Shown piece by piece: positions 9,947 through 20,700 of a DNA stretch of 64,000 bases. The DNA is from Squalus acanthias (Eukaryota). Location of the stretch: contig JASTWF010000325.1 in assembly GCA_030390025.1 (NCBI GenBank), forward strand, positions 434,001 through 498,000. Reading direction: 5' to 3'. Position numbers and translations under genes: made by a program. The notes beneath the pieces were generated by a model that ran no database searches, had not been told where the DNA came from, and saw only the letters and a list, made by a program, of their open reading frames with translations. Position 1 is the stretch's first letter; every line of letters begins with the position of its first letter.

Positions 9947-11478
9947 GCCAGAGGCACTGTCCTGCCAGAGGCACTGTCTGGTCAGAGGCACTGTCCTGTC
10001 AGAGGCACTGTCCTGTCAGAGGCACTGTCTGGTCAGAGGCACTGTCTGGTCAGAGGCACTGTCCTGTCAGAGGCACTGTCCTGTCAGAGGCACTGTCTGG
10101 TCAGAGGCACTGTCTGGTCAGAGGCACTGTCCTGTCAGAGGCACTGTCCTGTCAGAGGCACTGTCTGGTCAGAGGCACTGTCCTGTCAGAGGCACTGTCT
10201 GGTCAGAGGCACTGTCCTGTCAGAGGCACTGTCTGGTCAGAGGCACTGTCCAGTCAGAGGCACTGTCCTGTCAGAGGCACTGTCTGGTCAGAGGCACTGT
10301 CCTGTCAGAGGCACTGTCTGGTCAGAGGCACTGTCCTGTCAGAGGCACTGTCTGGTCAGAGGCACTGTCCTGTCAGAGGCACTGTCTGGTCAGAGGCACT
10401 GTCTGGTCAGAGGCACTGTCCTGTCAGAGGCACTGTCCTGTCAGAGGCACTGTCTGGTCAGAGGCACTGTCTGGTCAGAGGCACTGTCTGGTCAGAGGCA
10501 CTGTCCTGTCAGAGGCACTGTCTGGTCAGAGGCACTGTCCTGTCAGAGGCACTGTCCTGTCAGAGGCACTGCCCTGTCAGAGGCACTGCCCTGTCAGAGG
10601 CACTGTCCTGTCAGAGGCACTGTCTGGTCAGAGGCACTGCCCTGTCAGAGGCACTGTCTGGTCAGAGGCACTGTCCTGTCAGAGGCACTGTCTGGTCAGA
10701 GGCACTGTCCTGTCAGAGGCACTGTCTGGTCAGAGGCACTGTCTGGTCAGAGGCACTGTCCTGTCAGAGGCACTGTCTGGTCAGAGGCACTGTCCTGTCA
10801 GAGGCACTGTCTGGTCAGAGGCACTGTCTGGTCAGAGGCACTGTCCTGTCAGAGGCACTGTCTGGTCAGAGGCACTGTCTGGTCAGAGGCACTGTCCTGT
10901 CAGAGGCACTGTCTGGTCAGAGGCACTGTCCAGTCAGAGGCACTGTCTGGTCAGAGGCACTGTCCTGTCAGAGGCACTGTCTGGTCAGAGGCACTGTCCA
11001 GTCAGAGGCACTGTCTGGTCAGAGGCACTGTCCAGTCAGAGGCACTGTCTGGTCAGAGGCACTGTCCAGTCAGAGGCACTGTCTGGTCAGAGGCACTGTC
11101 CAGTCAGAGGCACTGTCTGGTCAGAGGCACTGTCCAGTCAGAGGCACTGTCCAGTCAGAGGCACTGTCTGGTCAGAGGCACTGTCCAGTCAGAGGCACTG
11201 TCCAGTCAGAGGCACTGTCTGGTCAGAGGCACTGTCCAGTCAGAGGCACTGTCTGGTCAGAGGCACTGTCCAGTCAGAGGCACTGTCTGGTCAGAGGCAC
11301 TGTCCAGTCAGAGGCACTGTCCAGTCAGAGGCACTGTCCTGTCAGAGGCACTGTCCAGTCAGAGGCACTGTCTGGTCAGAGGCACTGTCCAGTCAGAGGC
11401 ACTGTCCAGTCAGAGGCACTGTCTGGTCAGAGGCACTGTCCAGTCAGAGGCACTGTCTGGTCAGAGGCACTGTCCTGT
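9947..11478. repeat. 17-bp minisatellite GTCAGAGGCACTGTC(CT/TG/CA), ~90 copies
   Basis: Directly visible; the rightmost unit overlaps the last codons and stop of the ETS gene. Confidence 0.97.
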
Positions 11479-11774
11479 GGCTCCACTCCCCAGGAACTCC
11501 AGGACCTGCTGGTTGAACTGGTAGGTCAGTTTGCACTTGACTTTGCAGATCTGCCCGGTGCTGGAGTAGTTCCTCAGCGCCCGCGCCATCTTCTGGTATG
11601 TCATAGTCTTGCGGTTGCCCTTCCTGTGCCCCCACATGGCCGCCAGCTGCTCCTTGTTGTGCGAGGAGAATCGGAAGGTGCCAACGGCCCTGGCCACCCA
11701 CCAGGTGCAGTGCCCCATCCTCGGCTCCTCCAGCATCTCGTACAAGAAGTGGAAGAGCCGCTGCCGGCCTTTAC
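11461..11774 (-). CDS. Spi-C-like last coding exon (ETS DNA-binding domain)
   Basis: [56 protein letters not shown]; the [19 protein letters not shown] signature is the SPIC type; acceptor CCCGACAG at 11775-11776. Confidence 0.95.
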
Positions 11775-14700
11775 CTGTCGGGACCAAGGAGACTCTCTCA
11801 CACGGAGCTAATGATATCTGCAGCCAGTGGGCTAGTCCTATCCCTCCCCTCCCCTCCCCTCTGTGGGTGATTTCCCTGCACATCAAGGTGAGGCATTTCA
11901 GAGCTGGTCAATGTGAGACTATCCAATCATCTATCGATCTCAGTCTTGAAAGCTCCAATTGACCCCCAGCATCCACATCTTTTTGGGACAGAGAGTTACA
12001 GATTTCCATTACCCTTTGCGTGAAGAAGTGATTCCTGATTTCGCCCCTGAATGACCCAGCCCTAATGTTAAGGTTATGCCCCCTTGTTCTGGACTCCCCC
12101 CGCCAGAGGAATTTCTCTCCATCTACCCTATCAAATCCTTCAATCATCTTAAACACCTCAATTGTATCACCCCTTAATCTTCTAAACTCAAGGGAATACA
12201 AGCCTAGTCTATGCAACCTGCCCTCATAATTTAATCATTTAGACCCAGTATCGTTCTGATGAATCTGCGCCGCACCCCCTCCAAGGCCTCTCTCACTCAC
12301 TTATCTGTCTATATTCCTTAGCAACTTCCTGCTCCCATCTACACGACTTACTGTTCCTTCTAACTTAGTGCCATTTTCAAACTTAGACATGCAACTCTCT
12401 CTTCCTTCATTCAATTTTTTAATAAATACGGTGAAAAGCTGAGGCCCTAGTACAGATCCCTGGGGAACACCACTAGTCACCTCCTGCCAATCAGAGCACA
12501 TTCCCTTTATCCCTACTCTCTGTCTCCGACCTTCCAACAAATTCCCAACAAATTCCCAACCCATGTCCCATCAAACACTCCCGGGGCAGGTACAGCACGG
12601 GTTAGATACAGAGTAAAGCTCCCTCTACACTGCCCCATCAAACACTCCCAGGGCAGGTACAGCACGGGTTAGATACAGAGTAAAGCTCCCTCTACACTGT
12701 CCCATCAAACACTCCCAGGGCAGGTACAGCACGGGTTAGATACAGAGTAAAGCTCCCTCTACACTGTCCCATCAAACACTCCCAGGGCAGGTACAGCACG
12801 GGTTAGATACAGAGTAAAGCTCCCTCTACACTGTCCCATCAAACACTCCCAGGGCAGGTACAGCACGGGTTAGATACAGAGTAAAGCTCCCTCTACACTG
12901 TCCCATCAAACACTCCCAGGGCAGGTACAGCACGGGTTAGATACAGAGTAAAGCTCCCTCGACACTGTCCCATCAAACACCCCCAGGGCAGGTACAGCAC
13001 GGGTTAGATACAGAGTAAAGCTCCCTCTACACTGTCCCATCAAACACTCCCAGGGCAGGTACAGCACGGGTTAGATACAGAGTAAAGCTCCCTCTACACT
13101 GTCCCATCAAACACTCCCAGGGCAGGTACAGCACGGGTTAGATACAGAGTAAAGCTCCCTCTACACTGTCCCATCAAACACTCCCAGGGCAGGTACAGCA
13201 CGGGTTAGATACAGAGTAAAGCTCCCCCTACACTGTCCCATCAAACACTCTCAGGGCAGGTACAGCACGGGTTAGATACAGAGTAAAGCTCCCTCTACAC
13301 TGTTCTGTGCACAAACACAGCAGCCACTCGGTGTGAGCTCTGTCCTACAAGCAGCGATGAAATTATTGTCATTTTGTGACAAATCGGGGGAGAGTTTGTT
13401 GCTGTGGGCCTGGCCCACTCGGAGCTGGACTGAGACTGAGACTGAGACCGCTCAACGTATTTCACCTTCAATCCCCTGTCGCTAAGATTGAAGCTGCGAT
13501 AGCTGGAGTTACGAAGACCGAGGATTTGGATTGTTTGTGTGTTTCATCAACCCACGTATCCCGAGGCCCATTGATTGGCTGAACTCCAACTGCGCAACAT
13601 GGCACAGAGCCAACTGGAGAACCCCTCAAACCAATGGAAAGAGTGAAAGGCCCGACAGTGCCAGCATCCCATAATATTTGCACCACATTGTGGGGTGCGG
13701 GGGCGGGCAGCAAGTACCCAGAGGCTGTAGAAAGAGTTGTGGTTGCAGAGTACAGCTCAGTGTCTGTGTGCACAGGAAGGGGTGGCGCTATGATGCCTAC
13801 CATAGTGCAATAGCCAGCCGGTAGGCACTGTGCAGATTTGTCTACTTGGGCCAGGTCCTGGAGAGCAGCTCAGGACTGGAGGACGGATGCCCAGTGGGAG
13901 TCAGTGCCCTCAGGAGGAGGGGAGAAGGACCCTGGCACCGCCCTCACTGGTACTGGCAGGTCCTGTTGCGTTGGTGCTGGGTAGGGCATGTTGGGGGTGG
14001 GTTATGCGCCCTTACCTGTACCACCGGTGCTGCCGACCGGCTTCGCCCTGAGCGAGAGGGTGGGGGCCTCGATGGTGCCGGACAGGGTGGAGCCCAAGTC
14101 CCAGCTCTGCTCCGAGTCCTCGGCCCGGGCAGCTTGCTGTCCACAGACCTGTAAAACAGGAGGAGACCGGCAGTGAGTCCAATGGCACCTGACACGGTAT
14201 CATCGCCCACTGCAACCTTCCCAGAACAGCCTTGGACCCCACCCCTCCCCCCACCACACCCCTCCCCCACCCCACCCCAACCCCTCCCCCACCCCACCCC
14301 AACCCCTCCCCCACCCCACCCCTCCCCCCACCACACCCCTCCCCCACCCCGCCCCAACCCCTCCCCCACCCCACCCCAACCCCAACCCCACCCCCACCAC
14401 ACCCCTCCCCCACCCCCACCACACCCCTCCCCCACCACACCACAACCCCTCCCCCACCACACCCCAACCCCTCCCCCACCCCTCCCCCACCCCCACCACA
14501 CACCTCCCCCACCCCACCCCACCCCCTCACCCACCCCCACCCCTCCCCTCCCCCACCCCAACCCCTCACCCACCCCCACCCCACCCCAACCCCTCCCCCA
14601 CCCCACCCCAACCCCTCCCCCACCCCTCCCCCCACCACACCCCTCCCCCACCCCACTCCAACCCCTCCCCCACCCCACCCCAACCCCTCCCCCACCCCAC

Positions 14701-17700
14701 CCCAACCCCTCCCCCACCCCACCCCTCCCCCCACCACACCCCTCCCCCACCCCGCCCCAACCCCTCCCCCACCCCACCCCAACCCCAACCCCACCCCCAC
14801 CACACCCCTCCCCCACCCCCACCACACCCCTCCCCCACCACACCACAACCCCTCCCCCACCCCCACCCCAACCCCACCCCTCCCCACCCCTCCCCCACCC
14901 CCACCCCTCCCCCCACCACACCCCTCCCCCACCCCACCCCAACCCCTCCCCCACCCCACCCCAACCCCTCCCCCACCCCTCCCCCACCCCCACCACACAC
15001 CTCCCCCACCCCACCCCCTCACCCACCCCCACCCCTCCCCCACCCCAACCCCTCACCCACCCCCACCCCTCCCCCTCCCCCACCCCCACCACACCCCTCC
15101 CCCACCCCACCCCAACCCCTCACCCACCCCCACCCCACCCCAACCCCTCCCCCACCCCACCCCAACCGCTCCCCCACCCCTCCCCCCACCACACCCCTCC
15201 CCCACCCCACTCCAACCCCTCCCCCACCCCACCCCAACCCCTCCCCCACCCCCACCCCTCCCCCACCCCCACCACACCCCTCCCCCACCCCACCCCACCC
15301 CAACCCCTCCCCCACCCCCACCACCCCCCTCCCCCACCCCACCCCAACCCCTCACCCACCCCACCCCTCCCCCACCCCCACCCCAACCCCTCCCCCACCC
15401 CAACCCCTCCCCCACCCCAACCCCTCCCCCACCACACCCCTCCCCACCCCACCCCAACCCCTCCCCTCCCCCACCCCTCCCCCTCCTCTCCCCACCCCTC
15501 CCCTCCTCCCCCCACCCCTCCCCCACCCCTCCCCTACCCTCCCCCACCCGTCCCCCTCCCCCTACCCCTCCCCCACCCTCCCCCCCACCCACCCCTCCCC
15601 CTACCCTCCCCCACCCCTCCCCCACCCCCACCCCCCCACCCTAACCCCTCACCCAACCCCACCCCACCCCCTCCCCTCCCCTCTCCCACCCCCTCCCCTC
15701 CCCCACCCCTCCCTCCCCTCTCCCCTCCCCTCTCTCCCACCCTCCCCTCTCTCCCCTCCCCTCTCTCTCTCTCCCCTCCCTCCTTCCCCTCTCTCCCTCC
15801 CCTTCCCTCTCTCTCTCCCCTCCCTCCCTCCCCTCCCTCTCTCCCTCCCCTCTCTCCCTCCCCTCTCTCTCGTCCCTCTCTCTCTCCCCTCCCCTCCCTC
15901 CCTCTCTACCTCCCCTCCCTCCCTCCCTCTCTCCCTCCCCTCCCTCCCTCCCCTCCCCTCTCTCTCTCCCCTCTCGCTCTCCCCTCCCTCTCTCCCTCTC
16001 TCCCCTCCCTCCTTCCCCTCCCCTCCCTCTCTCCCTCCCCTCCCTCCCCTCCCTTCTCTCTCTCCCCTCTCTCTCCCCTCTCTCCCTCCCCTCCCTCTCT
16101 CCCTCCCCTCCCTCCCCTCTCTCCCTCCCCTCCCCTCTCTCCCTCCCCTCCCTCTCTCTCTCCCCTCACCTCCCCTCTCTCCCTCCCCTCCCTCCCTCTC
16201 TCCCTCCCCTCTCACCCTCCCCTCCCCTCTCTCTCTCCCCTCCCTCCCTCCCCTCCCCTCCCTCTCTCCCTCCCCTCCACTCCCTCCCTCTCTCCCCTCC
16301 CTCCCTCCCCTCCCCCTCTCCCTCACCTCCCTCTCTCCCTCCCCTCCCTCTCTCCCTCCCCTCCCTCCCTCCCCTCTCTCCCTCCCCTCCCTCTCTCCCC
16401 TCTCTCCCTCCCCTCCCTCCCTCCCCTCCCCTCTCCCCCCTCTCTCTCCCCTCCCTCCCTCCCCTCCCCTCTCTCTCCCCTCTCTCTCCCCTCTCTCCCT
16501 CCCTCCCTCTCTCCCTCCCCTCTCTCCTCCCCTCCCCTCTCTCTCTCCCCTCTCTCTCTCCCCTCCCTCCCTCCCTCTCTCCCTCCCCTCCCCTCTCTCC
16601 CTCCCCTCCCCTCTCTCCCTCCCCTCTCTCTCTCCCCTCTCTCTCTCCCCTCCCTCCCTCCTCTCTCTCCCTCCCCTCCCCTCTCTCCCTCCCCTCTCTC
16701 TCTCCCCTCTCTCTCTCCCCTCCCTCCCCTCCCCTCTCTCCCTCCCCTCTCTCTCTCCCCTCTCTCCCTCCCCTCCCCTCTCTCCCTCCCCTCTCTCTCT
16801 CCCCTCTCTCTCTCCCCTCCCTCCCTCCCTCTCTCCCTCCCCTCCCCTCTCTCCCTCCCCTCCCCTCTCTCCCTCCCCTCTCTCCCTCCCCTCCCTCTCT
16901 CCCCTCTCTCCCTCCCCCACTCTCTTCCCTCCCTCCCTCCCCTCACCTCTCTCCCTCCCTCCCTCTCCTCCCACCCCGCCTGTGTTCGCGGTCTGCACCG
17001 GCCTCTAAACCCAGCGTGCTCTCACCAGGTAGCAGCTGCTGCCCTGGGCACCGTCCGATGCCAACAGGTCCCAGTCAGAGAAGCAGTGTGTGTCGCCGCG
17101 TGTTAGCTGGCGAGGGGCCTGGTGACTCCATCTGTGATCTGGTGGAGGGAAGAGAGAGAGAGAAACCGTCACCAACTGCGACCTATACCACGGCGGAGTG
17201 GGGCAGGGTGGTGCGGGGGGACCCCAGGATGTGTCTTGGTTGGAGTTTGTGGGGGCCACATATCCACCAGTAGTGTCCGCAGGGGGAGTTGTCCCGATCC
17301 CTCTGCACCGTAACAAGGCCCAGACTGGGGAACCCCTCCCGTGCAGGGGTTCACCCCCAACACAGAATAAGTCGGCACTCCCGTTAATTCCCAGATATCC
17401 CGAACTGCGGGAGCCGACAGATCTCAGTGTCCTGATTTAGAACTGACCCCACAGAGAGGCAACAACAATGAGACCCGCACCCACCCAAACCTCCAGACCC
17501 CAGAAAGACCAAACTGGACCGACACAGTCTGACAAAAACACTCGCTGGTGTCACCGAGTGTGATAACAACCCAACACTTGTGTCACCGAGTGTGATAACA
17601 ACCCAACACTTGTGTCACCGAGTGTGATAACAACCCAACACTTGTGTCACCGAGTGTGATAACAACCCAACACTTGTGTCACCGAGTGTGATAACAACCC

Positions 17701-20700
17701 AACACTTGTGTCACTGAGGTCCCACCAAGGGCGGGGGTCCCGGCGAGAGGGGTCCTGGGGTTGGGGGGTGGCGGGAAAGTCCCACTAAAATCCGGGAAAT
17801 GATGATCATTGCGTGCGGGAGCAATAGCACACACAGAGAGGTCACCGAGTGATGGGTGCAGCCGATACTGGATTCACTGAACTGCAGGAAAGACCCTCAC
17901 CTGCCCAGCAGCCTCTTTCCTCATTCTTCAGCTGTGTGACAAGAGGCTGCTGGCTGGCGGCCAGACCCAGGCTCTGCTCCTTCAGGAACTCCTCCATCAG
18001 TTCCAGCTCCGGCACTTGGAGCCGATACAGCTGGAGAGAGAGAGAGAGAATCAGGATCAAACCAATCCACTCAACTCAGGGTCAAGGCACAGCGAACAGG
18101 CACCACCACACTCACACTCACACTCACACTCACACTCACACTCACACTGTCAACTCACACTCACACTCACACTCACACTCACACTGTCAACTCACACTCA
18201 CACTCACACTCACACTCACACTGTCAACTCACACTCACACTCACACTCACACTGTCAACTCACACTCACACTGTCAACTCACACTCACACACACACTGCC
18301 TCACTCACACTCACACTGTCAACTCACACTCACACTGCCTCACTCACACTCACACTGCCTCACTCACACTCACACTCACACTGCCTCACTCACACTCAAA
18401 CTCACACTGTCACACTCACACTGTCACACTCACACTCACACTCACACTGTCACACTCACACTCACACTCACACTGTCACACTCACACTCACACTGTCACA
18501 CTCACAATCACACTCACACTGTCACACTCACACTCACACTCACACTGTCACACACAACACTCACACTGTCACACTCACACTGTCACACTCACACTCACAC
18601 TGTCACACTCACACTGTCACACTCACACTCACACTGTCACACTCACACTGTCACACTCACACTGTCACACAGTCACACTCACACTGTCACACTCACACAC
18701 ACATTCACACTCACACTGTCACACTCACACTCACACTGTCACACTCACACTCACACTCACACTGTCACACTCACACTCACACTGTCACACTCACACTCAC
18801 ACTCACACTGTCACACTCACACTCACACTCACACTGTCACACTCACACTCACACTGTCACACTCACACTGTCACACTCACACTCACACTGTCACACTCAC
18901 ATTCACACTCACACTGTCACACTCACACTCACACTGTCACACTCACACTGTCACACTCACACTCACACTGTCACACTCACACTCACACTCACACTGTCAC
19001 ACTCACACTCACACTGTCACACTCACACTGTCACACTCACACTCACACTGTCACACTCACACTGTCACACTCACACTCACACTGTCACACTCACACTGTC
19101 ACACTCACACTCACACTGTCACACTCACACTGTCACACTCACACTCACACTCACACTCACACTGTCACACTCACGCTATCACACTCATACTCACACTCAC
19201 ACTGTCACACTCACACACTCACACTCACACTGTCACACTCACACTGTCACACTCACACTCACGCTGTCACACTCACACTCACACTGTCACTGTCACACTC
19301 GCACTCACACTCACACTGTCAACTCACACTCACACTGTCACACTCACACTGTCACACTCACACTGTCACACTCACACTCACACTGTCACACTCACACTCA
19401 CACTGTCACACTCATACTCACACTCACTGTCACACTCACACACTCACACTCACTGTCACACTCACACTGTCACACTCACACTGTCACACTCACACTCACG
19501 CTGTCACACTCACACTCACACTGTCACTGTCACACTCACACTCACACTCACACTGTCAACTCACACTCACACTGTCACACTCACACTCACACTGTCACAC
19601 TCACACTGTCACACTCACACTCACACTCACACTGTCACACTCACACTGTCACACTCACACTCACACTGTCACACTCACACTCACACTGTCACACTGTCAC
19701 ACTCACACTCACACTCACACTGTCACTGTCACACTCACACTCACACTGTCACACTCACTCTGTCACACTCACACACTCACACTCATACTCACACTCACAC
19801 TGTCACACTCACACTCACACTCACACTGTCACACTCACACTCACACTGTCATACTCACACTCACACTGTCACACTCACACTCACACTCACACTGTCACAC
19901 TCACACCCACACTCACACTGTCACACTCACACTGTCACACTCACACTCACATTCACACTGTCACACTCACACTCACACTGTCACACTCACACTCACACTC
20001 ACACTGTCACACTCACACTCACACTGTCACACTCACACTGTCACACTCATACTGTCAAACTCACACTCACACTCACACTGTCACACTCACACTCACACTG
20101 TCACACTCACACTCACACTCACACTGTCACACTCACATTCACACTCACACTGTCACACTCACACTCACACTGTCACACTCACACTGTCACACTCACACTC
20201 ACACTGTCACACTCACACTCACACTCACACTCACACTCACACTGTCACACTCACACTGTCACACTCACACTCACACTGTCACACTCACACTGTCACACTC
20301 ACACTCACACTGTCACACTCACACTGTCACACTCACACTCACACTGTCACACTCACACTGTCACACTCACACTCACACTGTCACACTCACGCTATCACAC
20401 TCATACTCACACTCACACTGTCACACTCACACACTCACACTCACACTGTCACACTCACACTGTCACACTCACACTGTCACACTCACACTCACGCTGTCAC
20501 ACTCACACTCACACTGTCACTGTCACACTCACACTCACGCTCACACTGTCAACTCACACTCACACTGTCACACTCACACTCACACTGTCACACTCACACT
20601 GTCACACTCACACTCACACTCACACTGTCACACTCACACTCACACTGTCACAGTCACACTGTCACACTCATACTCACACTCACACTGTCACACTCACACA

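Noticed and set aside
12564..13303. Regular repeat arrays (67, 32, 28 bp) as CRISPR-like loci
   Set aside because: Pure head-to-tail repeats with no unique spacers, no cas genes, eukaryotic context.
13376..13830. Unique intronic stretch with short ORFs on both strands
   Set aside because: No recognisable domain, and it is not needed for a phase-consistent gene model.
13944..17106. Pro-rich and Gly-rich ORFs resembling extensin or formin
   Set aside because: Translation of C-rich and CT low-complexity intron sequence, open in many frames.
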